64,000 nt of DNA from Rhina ancylostomus. Taxonomy: Eukaryota. Under the pieces are notes generated by a model. The model did no database searches. It saw only the letters and a program-made list of their open reading frames with translations, and was not told the origin of the DNA. Position numbers and translations under genes: made by a program. Location of the stretch: contig JARFYF010000051.1 of NCBI GenBank assembly GCA_030265395.1, forward strand, positions 25,379,515-25,443,514, in the 5' to 3' direction. This document shows positions 1 through 13,463 of this stretch, piece after piece (within the stretch, counting starts at the first letter, position 1; every line of letters begins with the position of its first letter).

Positions 1-60
1 TATTTGCTGCTGTTAATAAGCCAATCAACTGGTAACAATTTGCAAATGTGCCTCATTTAG

Positions 61-157
61 ACTCTTGCAAGTGGAAACGCACCAGCTCAGGCACATTATT
101 GTGTAAGAGCTGTCAAAGGGAGAACATTTAGTCATTGGAATGAAGTTCTTGCTTCAG
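61..157 (+). pseudogene. Nesprin exon relic, first rod repeat
   Basis: catttag|...cag|gtgtg. QVETHQLRHIIV*ELSKGEHLV / HWNEVLA resembles recalled SYNE1 QYEMKRKQIEHLI..KLSLDQALVKQSWDRV. Confidence 0.5.
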
Positions 158-519
158 GTGTGAGCTTCTGGCCCATTTAATGCAAGAATAGAGTGCACAC
201 AATAGAAAAACTAAACTATCAACCTTGCTTTACAGATCTCTATATACATACCAAGTGATAATGATCAACAAAAGAGTGTTGGTAATAATTAAGTGAACAA
301 CATTATGTACCTCCAGCATTCATTGTCCATAATGCTGCTGGCACATTGAAGACATTCTTGTTTATTCTTTGTTTCACAATATTAAACACACACAAGATTT
401 CATTTTATGCATTGCCCCACCCCACCAAGGTACAGCTGACTTCAGCTTATACTAGTCCATGAAACTGTAATTGATAGACAGATCAGAAAATAAAGTCTGA
501 GACAAGAGGCAGAGGCAAA

Positions 520-680
520 AGCTAGGACCCAGGAATTACAACCATCAGGCCTCCAGCTAAGAGGAGTAATTGGTCATCATTGGACAACTTTCTCCAAAAG
601 TAAAGTTTAATAAGAGAAGAGACTCAACAGTCTTCTCCTCAATGCTTGGTCTCTCCTCTTGGAGAAAATGCTTCCAATTT
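520..680 (+). pseudogene. Nesprin exon relic, early rod
   Basis: ELQPSGLQLRGVIGHHW / SLIREETQQ resembles recalled QLDKSLPAPLGTIGAW..VALREEITVQQ. Confidence 0.5.
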
Positions 681-836
681 AATTACTTCCCCAACAATAT
701 TAGTTTGAACAAATTGACCATTGGGAACCAAATTCATCACATGTAAGCTGATATTCAGTTGTCGGCAGGTGTGACAAAGGCAATCTACAATGACTTTTAC
801 TATCTTGATCCAATGTCACCAGGTTTGTTGTTTTAG

Positions 837-950
837 TTCTGGTTCTAAATCTGCACTTCAGTTCACCAACAACAGAAGAGTCATTAGCATGTTTAATTTA
901 CTGCACACTTCGATAAAATGCACTGCCATTGGCTCCAGTTTTGTTGATGG
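837..950 (+). pseudogene. Nesprin exon relic, early rod
   Basis: ttttag|...|gtaatg. LQFTNNRRVISMFNLL resembles recalled MEFLELKYRLLSLLVL. Confidence 0.45.
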
Positions 951-1274
951 GTAATGATAATAGTTGACTTTGCTTTAATCAAATTATCTGCAACCAAGTA
1001 TACCCCATCCCACTGTGAACAGTAAACCCCGATTGTTTCTAGACTGGTAATTAAACACAAACATTGTCGCTCAGAAAATGAACTGCCCATGCTCCTTCTT
1101 TGTGGTTTACACATACTGCACATGCTCACAACCCACACAAAGTTCTTAAAAGGGAAATACCCAGTCACAACAGTCACTCTAACAATAACAATAACACAAC
1201 AACTCTCCATGAATCACTTCTTAGAATGCAGATTATTTCAGTGAGTTTTGTATTCAATTATCTCATAGCTTGGC

Positions 1275-1482
1275 ACCAAGCAAACAAACCACCTTGAGAG
1301 TGGCAGTGATAATTGGGAAAATAATAGTATGTGATAAATTATTGGTTAATGTGCCACTATCCCAGTACATTGTGCTGATGTAAATGATTAAAATGTAACA
1401 GAAAGATAAAACCATTTTTTCAGCAAAATCATTTACTGCAAGGAATAATGCTTTGCTGCAGCGCAAATGGAAATTGGATTTC
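1275..1482 (+). pseudogene. Nesprin exon relic(s), early rod
   Basis: HLESGSDNWENN / NYWL / NHFFSKI / LLQRKWK resembles recalled MLEEVISNWDRY..AWL..KDFFRNL..LLNGRWR. Confidence 0.5.
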
Positions 1483-1904
1483 TTCTGATATAATGGGTTA
1501 AATGTTTTATTTTCTTCTATTCATCCACAGTTGAATTCCTCTATATAAATTGTCTTTCCTTTTACAATATAACAATAAACATTTAAGATCATTTTGCTTG
1601 CCCTGAAAGAAAATTACACTTAAAATTTCAAAATGATTAAATGATTCATATCTATCTGGATATTCTTCGCAAGAGCCACCACATTATTAACACAAGCGGT
1701 TTCATAGATAAATTTATTCCGAGGTCATCAACTTCTCCATCAGAAGATATGTTCTGAATTTTCATTGAGGATTAAAGTATGGTTTGAAAATGACCAGCAC
1801 CATCTAAAGCACTTGGAACAGGAGCAATTTAAATCCATAGGATGATTCTCACCTCATCCTCATGTAGCCAGGCTTTGAGATTTAGATTCGTAGCACAACA
1901 CAGC

Positions 1905-2060
1905 TTTATAGAATCACAGAGTTGTCACAAAATAGAAAACCATTTGGCCCATTGAGTCTCTGTTGACTCTGACAGATTAATCCCATCAAGCCCCTTCCCC
2001 TGTTCTTTCCTTGTAGCCCTGCAATTTGCTCTCTCTCATATCCTTATCCAATTTTCTTCT
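1905..2060 (-). mobile_element. CR1/SINE 3' tail fragment
   Basis: tagaatcacagag..ccatttggcccattgagtct is the reverse complement of the CR1-type tail seen elsewhere in the window. Confidence 0.6.
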
Positions 2061-2439
2061 GAAGGGATCGTTTGATTCCATTGTAATGTATAAATGCAGG
2101 GGAATAGAACTTACACAATGTGATCTTGCCAAGAGATTGTTATCCAAGCAAGTTGTAAATTATTTCTAAACATCTTCACTGGTCAAATTGTTCAACACTA
2201 TTTATATTTGTTTATATTCCCAGTAAATCCAAAATTCTGGATAATGAGTAATCATTTGGAGATAAACATTTGAAGTATGGCTAAATCTTCAGCAAATTCC
2301 AGATGCTGACTACTCTCTGATTTTTTATCATATCCCACTGTATTTTATGTCTAAATTGATAAATTTATGACCCCTGGTCCTTGAAATATCCATTAATGGA
2401 ACTACTTCCCACTATTTACTCCACCAAAACCAGTCAAGG

Positions 2440-2700
2440 TCTTTTGAAGCAACCTTGATCTCAGTGAATCTACCATGCTGAGATCAATTAGCTGGTTTAA
2501 GTATGGCTAAAAGAATAAAGGAACTCTCAACTTCCTTCAACAAGATGATTTGCATGAAATTCCAATTTTAAACTAAAATGACCTTGAACACAACAAAAAA
2601 AAACTGCTTGATATTCCTTATTAAAGATAACAGAACATCTGGGAAGCATTCAAATCATAAGTTATAAACAAGTTTGAGCTAATAAACAAAGTCTTCATAA
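2440..2700 (+). pseudogene. Nesprin exon relic
   Basis: SMAKRIKELSTSFNKMI / DLEHNKKKLL resembles recalled LLQKRIQDIHVAFQSMV..HVETNSRLM. Confidence 0.55.
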
Positions 2701-2779
2701 TAAGTTTCACAGATTCTCTTTGAGGGTGTGAAATAGCAGCTTTATAACAGGAAAGCAATAATTGCGTTCTACTTGGATT

Positions 2780-3190
2780 TCTTTCAGAAAATTGAATGGA
2801 AGTGAAATCAGCAAAATTATTTTACAGTGCATATATAATTCGTTGACCAATAAAATCCAAAGGGTAATATTTCAAGAATTTTTATCATTTTCAGGCAATA
2901 TTTTTCATGGAGTTCTATAAGGGTCTGTTAGTGGACGTCTCTTGAATAATATTTTTACAAATAACCTGCAGTTAAGTGTCATAAGACCTGTAGTGAAATG
3001 TGCAAGTACTACAAAACTAGTAAAATTAGCTAAAGGAAGCAACAACAGGACATGAAGTAATGGCAGGACATGAATATACGATGGAATTAGGAAGGATTCA
3101 ATTTAAAATAGAGAATTGCAAGTGGGGACAAAAACACCCAAACAGGAATTATTTATTCAATGGAAAATAAGGAAGGAATGCTAATGGTTC
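2780..3190 (+). mobile_element. Highly decayed CR1 LINE RT fragment
   Basis: gggtctgttagtggacgtctc..ataacctg..aaatgtgcaagtactacaaaacta resembles GSVLGP..NDL..KFADDTKL. Confidence 0.55.
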
Positions 3191-3904
3191 ATTTGAAGAT
3201 GCTCTGTGAGCCATTCTGTGGAACCTATCTTTAATAAGCTTTAGCAGAACCATAAGTTTCAGAAGATAAGTGCCCCCTTTATTAGACCAACAACCACAAC
3301 ATCCATGTATGTCATGCAACTAATGATGTCATTGCTTCATTTGTACCTGCATCTAATTCACATATTTACCTCCAAATGTGCCATAATACTTTCTCTCTTT
3401 GAAAGGGTGTTTCACAACATTAATGGTTTGAGTCTGTTAACTGGATTTCACAGATGATTGTTTCTTCCTAACTGTCCAGAATTGGTGTTATTTTTTGATA
3501 TGAAGGATGTGTGGTATTCTGACCCAATTCACCTTTGACCTGTGTTGCCTCTTCAGTATTTGGTTCTATATTCATTTCAGAAATAAATTTGTCTTCACAC
3601 ATTTCATCAGGACGTTCTGGTATGTCCATTGCTGCAATTATTTGGTAAACATTTCTGACTTTTCCTCCAATTTAAACAAGTTCTTTCAGTACAGCATTGG
3701 TGTAGTATTTCATGCACTCTTGTGTGATGAACTTGTATGTCTTAACATCCTCATTTTTTAATTCTAATTGCAGTGCTTCTCTTTGTTTCTTTCCAATGTG
3801 TCAGGGCACAATTCATGGTTTTATTTTTATTGATTGTTGTGCCTATTTTCTCCATGAAGCTGAGGTGAAGTAAATTTTCATCATTTGTTTTTCAAGATAT
3901 AGGT

Positions 3905-4190
3905 AAAGTTGGTAAAGCCAGCATGAACCTCTAATTGCCCTTGAGAAGAAGTTATGATTCTTGGACTCTTCCAGTCCTTCTGCTGAAGGTTCTCCCACAC
4001 TGATGTTGGAGGGGGAAGTTCCAGAATTTAGTAGCGGGGCGAATGAAGGATGAGCGATATATTTCCACATTAGAATGGTACGCAAGTGGGAGGGAACCTG
4101 CAGACGGTGGCATTCCCAAGCATATACCACCCTTGTCCTTCTCGGTGATAAAGGTTGCAGCTTTGGGAGGTGCTATTGGAATAGTCTAAG
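3905..4190 (-). mobile_element. CR1/Crack-type LINE 3' end
   Basis: Reverse complement matches the LINE tail at 44130-44440. Confidence 0.75.
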
Positions 4191-4197
4191 TTCAAAT

Positions 4198-4690
4198 AAT
4201 GAAGCAGTCCACAACAAAATGCAGCAAGATCCAGACAATATCCAGGGGCCTGGTCTGATTGGTGGCAAGTAACATTCGCACTACATAAGTGTCAGGCAAT
4301 AACAATATCCACCAAGAGAAAATCCAGCTATCACCCCTGACATTCAATGACATTATCATCACTGAATCCCCCACTATCAATAACCTGGTGGTTACCATTG
4401 ACCAGAAACTAGCCATATACACAATGTGGCTGCAAGAGCAGTCAGAGTCTAAGGATCATATGGTGAGTAATTCTGTCGACCATCTGCAAGGCTCAAGTAA
4501 TACTCTTCACTTGCCTGGATGAGTACAGCTTCAACAACACTCAAGAAGCTCAACGCTATACAGGACATAGCAGCCTGCTATGTATCCCAGAACGCCTGCT
4601 AGGTATCCCATCCACAACCATTCACTCACAGTAGCTTCAGTTTGTACCATCTGCAGAATGCACTGCAGCAATTCATGAAAACAGCCATTT
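4198..4690 (+). mobile_element. CR1/Crack-type LINE RT C-terminal fragment
   Basis: EAVHNKMQQDPDNIQ..PLTFNDIIITESPTINNLVVTIDQKL; shares sequence with 43950-44120. Confidence 0.8.
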
Positions 4691-5129
4691 CCAGGCTTTC
4701 TTCAGATGTTTGGAACTCATAGCTGCGCTATTAAAGGCTGGATGGTACACAGGGATCATTGAATGCACCGTGTAGAGTTTAAACAGCTATGACATGAATT
4801 GAGCTCCATTATTTAATGTCAATTCTTTGGGTATACTGCCAGACTCAAAAGTCAATATTTGGTTCTCAATGGTAAATTCTATTGATTTGCAAGATCCCAC
4901 ATAATAAACTTTGATTCATTTTGAATTAATTTTTTAAAAGACTAAAACGTTATTGCTTCTTTTCTACCAAAAAACTCATGTAGACTCTCTGCAATGGTTG
5001 TGTTGGCACCTCTGTGTTTGAAGGGCATCTTTGGTCTTCCATCTTTTGACTTTGGTCTTTGGCTCTGCGCTCTCAACACATGATACATCTTTTTATACAA
5101 ACTTCTAAATTAATACCCGGCCAATCCAT

Positions 5130-5383
5130 GAAACTTATAGCAAAAACCTTCATATTTACAATGGCAGCTTGCTCTGATTGTAACTCATCTCAGATTTGGC
5201 TTCCCTGGAAATAGGGGGTGACAATTCCAGATCCTTGGTCTGTGGACAATTTGCTGTTAAGTCGTTGTATATCGACATTTGGACATTCATCTGAATTGGT
5301 CTGACCATTTTGAATATCCTTGTAAACTCAGTTCAGTATCTTATTGTGTCGGCTTAACAACTTCTGCAGCTGAGACTGGAAAG
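5130..5383 (+). pseudogene. Nesprin exon relic(s)
   Basis: MAACSD..IWLP and YRHLDIHLNW resemble recalled LKACDELTDILP and HLKIDVEK; donor aag|gtattg. Confidence 0.4.
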
Positions 5384-6139
5384 GTATTGTCCACCAGTAG
5401 TGAGGTAAAGATTGCATTCTTACAACCTATATCAGAATTTCCAGGTGGTAAACAGCATTTGGGTTTCGACCAATTTACCAATGGTGTAGTCATATTCCGT
5501 TAACAGAATCAGCCAGCTTTGCATGGTTGGAATTTTAAATTTATATGCTGTGACTAAATATACATTCATGTGACACATATAAGACTTTTCTTCCATAAAG
5601 GACGGATCTCTAGAAAATGGCTACCATTGCATTTGTAGCAAGAATTTGCACAGAAGTGCTGACCTTGTTTCAGAATGGAACTTTCACTGGTTCTAACTGA
5701 CTATAAGCAACCATCACGTTTATGCCTGGTGATGAATGAAATTCCTTGGCATTCTTCACTGCCACTTCCATCTTGATTGCAATTTTTCAAGCCAGGTTCN
5801 NNNNNNNNNNNNNNNNNTAACAATTTGGGCTGGATCCATTTGTCATTTAAGCCACATGCAAATCCAAACTACAGTGCACAAATTCACCTGAGTTATATTG
5901 TCTGAATGAAGCCCGTAAAGAAATTATTTCTCCTACTCCTTGATTCATTTAGCCAAGCGTGTAACTTTCTGCAATGTCAAATATCTGTGGATTGAAATAA
6001 TCCGCCAGTTTTAGCACAATTTCAGTGAATGGAATGTCGTTGGCTTTCTGTAGGGATAGCAGCATGCAGGATATCTCAGAGCCAATCTTTGTCAACGTAA
6101 TATTGCCTTCATCTGCTCACATTCCGACACCAGAACCTT

Positions 6140-6630
6140 GAAACCCGGCTGTAGGAGGGTAACACATAGCTGGTTCCGGTTCCATCTGCCATACACCTCT
6201 CTCTTAATGGTTCCTGTTATCACCTCCTTAACATCAGATTCCAGCACTGGAAGCCCTTTGTCATCCTCCTTATGTCCCTCCAGTAGCTGTCTCCAACCTT
6301 CATTCTCCCCCCCCCCCCGCACAGCTCACTCAATCTGCCTCTCATTTACTTTTTCTTTGTCTGTTTCCATCATCCACCTGCCACTGTCTCCCAACTCCAC
6401 CCTCTCTCCCCTACCCTAGTGGGCACAACCCTCCTCAGTCCACCAATCACTTCGAGCTCCTGTCTCACCATCCTCCTCTTCTCATTATACTGGCCATCTC
6501 CCTTCTCAGTCCTGATGTAGGGATTCAATCCAAAACGTCAGCAGTTCCTTTTCTCTCACAGCTGCTGCTCGACCCACTGAGTTCCTCCAGCAGATTGTTT
6601 GTTGCTCTAGATTCCAGCGTCTACAGTTTT
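6140..6630 (+). mobile_element. Penelope-like element 3' terminal region
   Basis: CT-rich tract, then cctgatgtagggattcaatccaaaacgtc..gctgctcgacccactgagttcctccagca, a common elasmobranch Penelope-derived end. Confidence 0.6.
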
Positions 6631-6631
6631 G

Positions 6632-6832
6632 TTAGAGATAGTGATATGATCGAGGTGCTTAAGAGGCTCTTAGATAGGCACATGAATATGCAGAGAATGG
6701 AGGGATATGGACTGTGTGCAGATAGAAGGAGTTAGTGTAATTAGGCATCATTAGTTTAATTAGTATGGCACAACATCATGGGCTGAAGGGCCTGCTCCTG
6801 TGCTGTACTGTTCGATGTTCTATGTTCCATGT
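6632..6832 (+). mobile_element. CR1 LINE 3' tail
   Basis: ttagataggcacatgaat..gggctgaagggcctgctcctgtgctgtactgttcgatgttctatgttc. Confidence 0.8.
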
Positions 6833-6929
6833 CCCTTGTGTCACCAATTTTAAAGTAAACTAAGTCAAAGTGTCCAAAGCACTTGCCCGCATCCAGTGAT
6901 ATATGCCCTCTTTACCACAAAGATAGGGA

Positions 6930-7030
6930 TCTTGCTGATAGAACCTTGGGAACTACCTTAGCCGGAGTTGGTCACCACGTACACTGGCTAAGAGAGTCCA
7001 GTCTGAAAAGCTGTCATCCTGCTCTTCGAT
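6930..7030 (+). pseudogene. Nesprin exon relic
   Basis: GTTLAGVGHHVHWLRESSLKS resembles recalled NGVTKRGETLSWLKSRLKV. Confidence 0.4.
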
Positions 7031-7202
7031 TCAGGGATTGTCACCAATACAAATTCTGAGTAAATTAGTTCCTGAAAAAAGTAAAAGTTAAGGTTTTTTA
7101 AATACATTTATGTGAGGAATGTCTGCAATGAAATTACCAACGAAACAGAAAATACATTTCAAAGAAAGCATTTACAATACTATCTCACATATATATTTCA
7201 AC

Positions 7203-7412
7203 CACAAACAGAACATGCTAGAAATACTCAACATGTCAGACTGTATCTATAAGGAGTAAAATAGAGTCAACATTTCAGATTGTTTTCAAAATGTTCTGAC
7301 AAAGGGGCTCCAACGTGAAACATTGACTGTTTTTCTTCCAGCAGTTGCAGCGTAACCTACTGAGTATATCCAGCATTTTCTGTTTTTCTTTTAGATTTCC
7401 GGTATTAGCAGT
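7203..7412. mobile_element. Palindromic Penelope-end-derived element
   Basis: Left arm aacagaacatgctagaaatactca..gagtcaacatttca is an inverted copy of right arm tgaaacattgact..tgagtatatccagcattttctgttt. Half copies occur at ~10870, ~11550, ~14790, ~44610 and ~49445. Confidence 0.6.
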
Positions 7413-7599
7413 GATTTTCACAAATATATTTACTTCACGGTGTGAACCATCACAATGATTTTTTATATGCTCATTTGCAATTCAAGTTGAGAAATGGTGA
7501 TCATGATGGCAAAATTTGCAAATTATTGAGCAAAGAATAACACAATGAAAAGGCTGGTCTTTCATTGTGCTTGACAGGACAACAAATTGTCCATTTTTA

Positions 7600-7880
7600 C
7601 TTGGCTCCTCCAATTGCTGAGTGAATGTATCTAGTAAGGGATGAAACCCCACAGACCAGAGAAACACTAGGTTTGATTCTCAGCTCTTACTAAATTCATT
7701 TTGGTTCTCAAATTTCTGATCAGGAATAATCTGCTGATACACTCACTGCCAACATGTATAGAGAATGGTCATCTTAGCATAGCATTGCAAGGGGTACTTA
7801 GTGCCCGCAGAATTCCACCTCATTTGGCATCAAATATGTCAGGAGATCAGGATGAGGGGATAGGAATAAAACTCTTAAAA
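7600..7880 (+). mobile_element. Ancient tRNA-derived SINE (LF-SINE-like)
   Basis: acagaccagagaaacactaggtttgattctcagctc resembles a B-box head; body is very decayed. Confidence 0.3.
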
Positions 7881-10339
7881 CTGGTGAAGCATTTGGCTGC
7901 AGATATAAATGTCCTTTTCTGGGTGAATTTGCCAGGTAATGAAGGAACAAAAGTGCTTAGTTAGGTTTGTGATAAATCTGATTTGAGGAAACAGTGTATG
8001 CTTGCCTGGAAATTCAATTGCACGACAATCTTGCTCAGTTTTATGTAACGTGAAAATATTTTTTTCTGCACTGAGGCACTGTAAGGCTTCTTGTCATTTT
8101 GTATACCTCTTGCATCTTAAACAAGCACTCCTGGGTGTGACTAACACCTGAGCCACTGACAGGATTTTTACGTAAGAAGCACATGGGGCAAAACTGTTCC
8201 CCACAGGACACCCCTTTGGGAAAACTGCAGGGGAATTTGGCCACAAGGTCTTGTGCGTGACTGTCAATGAGCACTCCTGTGACGAACTGTTCTTCCCAGT
8301 ACAGAGGCAGATTGAGACCCCTGTCAGGTAGGTGCCATACTTAACTTGTATCCATCACCACTGCCCCACATGTACGTCAACATCACACAGCAATGACCTC
8401 CATCCCTCCAACCACCTACCAATTACCCTTGCAGGCCTAATGCACTCAGTCTCTCAGCCCCTGAACCAAATGATCTTCTTGACTCAGTCCTAAGAGCTTG
8501 ATTTTCTGTGTATTCCTGTCATCCATCACTGCAACATCCAAAGCCTCTCCCCACCTCCTCTCCCCCACACCTACCATAATCACCACCCCTGTGACACATT
8601 ATTACAGGTTCCAGTTTTCCCCAAGCCCTGACCCCCACTGAACACTGGCATCCCTTACACACCTTCTAGGCAAGCATACACTGATTTCACTACCTCTCCA
8701 CCCACCAACCCATCCACAATCCAACTCAACAAGAAGATGACCATGTCTCTGAGCTTCCCTATTATCTGATCTCTACCCTGTTTCATATATTACAACTCAT
8801 ATGTCTATTTTATGCAATTATATTCTGATAATTTATGGCAATTGTCATTTCCAACTGAACCAATATACTGCTCTATTTTGTAACCATCCAGATAATCTGT
8901 GTTTATTGAAAAAGGCTCAAATCTTAGTAGAGCTTTGTTTGTTCATAGAAGTATGTGTGAATGTGCATTTGTTTGGCTGAATAGTTGAGAAAGGGTGAAA
9001 TTAGAAATAGTGACACTGGATGTCACCATGGGAAGCTGATAACTAGCTGGGAGGAAAAATCTGGTAAAACTGAGGTCAAAGACATAATGGAAATCATTGA
9101 CAGATGCAGTGTGTGTTTGGAATGTGCGCTTGATAAACTTGCTAAGGGTGCTCAGCAACAAAAACTTAAGTTAAAGGAAGTTTGAGGTCAGAGGCAATGT
9201 GTCCGTGCTGCAGTTAAGGAGAAAAAAAAAGGGAGTGGTAGAGACAGGTGAAGAAACTGTGGGAAGCATGTGGAATTGGACTTGTGAGCGCTTTGCAGAA
9301 TTTACCACAATTTATCAGTCACGTGAAAGATGTAGAGATGCAAGGAAAGGGGAAGGGGAGGAACAAGTAATATGGAAGGTCTGTGGTAAGATGGAGGACA
9401 GGAAAGATAAGAAAGATTCGATGCCAAAAAAGAATAGTAGTAAAAGTCACAAATGCATAGAGGAGGTGAAGATCCTGAACAATTAATTGAAAATACCAAA
9501 GANNNNNNNNNNNNNNNNNNNNNNNNNNNNNNNNNNNNNNNNNNNNNNNNNNNNNNNNNNNNNNNNNNNNNNNNNNNNNNNNNNNNNNNNNNNNNNNNNN
9601 NNNNNNNNNNNNNNNNNNNNNNNNNNNNNNNNNNNNNNNNNNNNNNNNNNNNNNNNNNNNNNNNNNNNNNNNNNNNNNNNNNNNNNNNNNNNNNNNNNNN
9701 NNNNNNNNNNNNNNNNNNNNNNNNNNNNNNNNNNNNNNNNNNNNNNNNNNNNNNNNNNNNNNNNNNNNNNNNNNNNNNNNNNNGGGCCGGGGTGTCCAGC
9801 AATGAGATTCCAATGAAGCACTGAAATTAAGAAGAACTACCAAGGTGCATTTGCGGTTCAATGGTGAAGTAATTGGCCCAGTTTAATTAGAAAAAGTACC
9901 ACTCACCTGTTACACACATTGACAGACAGAAAATCCATTGATCCTGCACCAGCCCCGAGGCAGCCTGAGGCCTAAAAATTAAGGCTGACAGTCACCTTGA
10001 TTACCACTGGCAGTGGCACCTTGTGGTGAAAATTTCCTTGAGGCAACTGCCTGAAGTTTCTTCATCTTTATCTTCTTCTATTACATCAGGTCTTTGGCTT
10101 CCAGTAGTGAGACAAGCGCAGTGTGCCTGGGAACCTGCCTGACCAATAGTCCCATTCAAAAAAGGCTGAATTTATACAGATAGGCTAAAGGTTCCCAAGA
10201 TGAAATATTTTACATCAAACTTAGATGAATAATTATGTTCTCAAAGGGTTGAGGACTGTAATTGGATGTTGTGGATTGGAAGGAAACAAGTGAGCTGATA
10301 GCCATCTGGAATCCATTCATATGGTTGCCAGTGACGAAA

Positions 10340-10850
10340 GCCTTTCCCTAACATAAAGTTCCAGGTTATTAAGAAAATCTCATCTGATCCTTATTTCCTC
10401 TTTTATGAGAGGATAAGGGATGTTCAGCTGACAGCTTATTTGAACTTTAATTAAACTTTTGATAAGGAGTCACACAGCAAATTGGCTCCTTGAAATTAAA
10501 GACACAGGAAAGCAGGAATGCTTCTGATGAGGATCAAGACTACATTTACTCAAGAAAACCTAATTTAATTGTAAATGTGGCAACATGAAAATAAAGAAAA
10601 GCCCATAGCTGAATATTTCACGAGCCAGAATTACAACATTCTTTGCATGTTGAATGATTCAGAGGTGAGTTCAAAAACAAAAGGTGTCTAATTTTGGTGA
10701 TGGAACAAGAATGCAGGAGTGAGCCAGTGAGTTTTAAATAACAAGGAGCAAGCAGAGAAATGTTGATACAAAAGCTGGGCTGAGGTTAGTAAGCGTGTGG
10801 AGGCGGTGGGTTGTCCAGATATTGCAGACTACAATTGCGCCACAGATAAG
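10340..10850 (+). mobile_element. Highly decayed CR1 RT fragment
   Basis: gaactttaattaaacttttgataaggagtcacacagc resembles DFxKAFDKVPH; tctaattttggtgatggaacaaga resembles SKFADDTK. Confidence 0.5.
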
Positions 10851-12699
10851 TGGAAGAAAACAAGTAAAAAGCTGCCAATGCTGAAAATCTAAAACTAAAA
10901 CAGAAAATATTTAAAATATTGAGCAGGCCAGTAGAGAGAAGCAGAGATGTTGACAAACTGAATTTTTTATTGTGGTTTACTTAGCAATCTCCATGCTGTC
11001 ACCCAAATCCTATTCCAGACAAATTACCCACTTAAAACAATTTCAACCCCTCGAGCCCACAAACTGCACCCCCATTTGTTTCCTGCATACCCTGAATTCC
11101 TATCTTCTCTGTCCTTCAGGGCATTTAATTTAAAATCCTACATCTTGTTTTTGAATGATTTATTTCGCAACCTCCAACAATCAAAATTCATACCCTACAC
11201 CATTTGGTTTTCCAATTTCACCATGTCCTTTCATCTTTGTTCATGCTCTTCCCCCATCCATTGTAGAGACTGCAGTGGTGGTTTAAAGAATTCCTGTCCT
11301 GAGTCTCCCTGCCTTTTACCGACCATTCCATCGGTAACCTCTCCTGATCCTTTCACCACTGCTCACTATCTCTTCCCTTGAATATGAGATCTATAAAGAA
11401 GCAAGTTGATTCTTTAAATTACCCCAACACTGATATGGCTAAAAGCTGACCATTTTCTATTGTTATTGTAGTGAATTTATTTATATGCTGCCCAGGCTCA
11501 CTTTTCCAATTTGCCTTTGCGTGGCATTTCCTTTATATACTAAGAAAAGAAAATGCTTGGTGGTTCATGCAGTATCTTTGGAGAGAGTAAAGCAGAGCTA
11601 ATATTTCAGCATAAATATATTTCCTTTACAGTATGCATGTTTCCAATATATAGTAAAGTTTAAATGAATGTTTAATTTTCTGGAACAGATAGAGACATTC
11701 CCTTTGTTTAACTGGAAACTTTACACATTTGATGCAAAACATGTTCCATTGACATGTTCTGTATTATTATTCTGAAGCTGCTGCTGGTCTCCATTTGTTG
11801 TCCTCTTGGTTTGACAGTGGTGAACATTTTTCATCTTCATGATTTTATTTACATCCAGAAACCTTCCTTGATAATGTTGCAGGCATTGTTTCCTTACAAA
11901 AATTTGCTCTCTGACCAAGCAGCCTTTCCCTCCGTCTATTCCCGTTGGATAACACACTGCTTTTTTATGGCTCCTTCATAATTAGGGACTCTTCATGAGT
12001 AGTAAAATAAATTTTATACAAATATCTGCATTTCACTTCAACTCTAACTGAAAGATTCCACAATGTGATGGTTTAAACCAGGCATCTTACTAAATGCTTG
12101 GTTAAATGAATAATTCCAAGTACTGCTGTAATTCAATAACTGAATATCTTAAATCTTTTGTAGTGCAAAAGTAAACTGCTGTGGATCATTAAGACAACCA
12201 AACAAATAGGAGTTCACTACTACCTTTATAGTTCAATTTCAGCCCCACTCATGGAGTTGCACTGGAAAAAAATCTAACTAATTTTTGATTTATTTTTCAT
12301 GTTTTTTTTATATCAATCTGCTTAGCACATAAACATACTGATCCATTTTAACAGTACTGAAGCTATTCAATTACATTTAATTGGTAAAATGACAGCATCA
12401 ATCATATCAATTTTATGGCCAACAACATAAAAATTCAAAGTGTATTGTGCTGGAGTAATTTAATGGAAAGCCATCAGAGATACCACTAATCCCACCAACT
12501 TAAACTTCCTAAGCAAAAATCTAAATTTTGATGGATGAAAATTCACAGAGGAAGGTTTTATATCAACCTTCAATTGAGACTTACAAGCTCTGATCAAACC
12601 ATTATGATCATTAATGGTAAAATATAATTATCCCTTCAAATGTGCTTTACTCACAACATAAATAACATTTAATTGGTGAACGAAGGTAGTAAAGATGAA

Positions 12700-12919
12700 G
12701 TATATGACCTTATATGATCCACAAATTACCATACAGTCACCTTAACGTTTAAAAGGTAGTTCAGAATGTCTGAGGAGGGAAAAACATTTTAGAGGTTAAA
12801 TGGCATTTGTGAAATGGAAAGAATGGAAGTTATGTCATATAGATGTCATCTACTGATTGATGAAAGTATAAATTAGCTCTTTACAAAGGAAAGGGACTTT
12901 AAATTACTGTGTTTCAAAG
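12700..12919 (+). pseudogene. Spectrin-repeat exon relic
   Basis: VKWKEWKLCHIDVIY*LMKV has helix-A W...WL spacing, with TGA where TGG is expected; donor aag|gtgcgt. Confidence 0.45.
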
Positions 12920-13405
12920 GTGCGTTGTTTCACAGGCAATTAATGTGTCAGCTGTCAGTCAGTATCATTTACTATGCCAAGAAGAACTGGGTAATTGGAG
13001 TTGGTGGCTTAATGAGAATAGCACAGTGTTACCCACCAGAGAACACTCAAAATCTGCCACTATTTGCCCTTAATATAAGTGGTGAAAAGAGAGAGGGGGT
13101 TGCTGTAATATGGATTCATCTTTCTGATTCTGCTTGACTTCCCTGATGTGCTGACGATGTGACTATGCAATAGGTAGTAACCTCTGAAATAGTATGATCA
13201 GTGGATAGATTTTAGAGAATTGTCTTGTCAATCTGCTTTTTAAGAAAACATAATGGATTCAAGCAAATTATAAATGAATTGAACACAATCTATCCATCAT
13301 TTTCAAGGTTAACAATCATTAGTTCTTATTGCATGTTCATTTACTTTTGCACAAGAACTTTCTAATTGCAGATTTTACCAGCTAAGCAGTTCCTCCATTT
13401 CACAA

Positions 13406-13463
13406 GGGGGAGGGAGGGAGAGAGGGAGAGAGGGAGAGAGAGGGGGGGGGCGAGAGAGAGAGA
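13406..13463 (+). repeat. GA-rich microsatellite next to an assembly gap
   Basis: (GGGA/GA)n seen directly, followed by an N run. Confidence 0.9.

Noticed and set aside
7701-7964. 87-aa ORF as a nesprin exon
   Set aside because: It overlaps an apparent ancient SINE and has no convincing repeat pattern.
9302-9861. Long ORFs in the track here and at other N runs (13366, 22069, 29533, 31176, 54742)
   Set aside because: They are open only because they cross assembly gaps.
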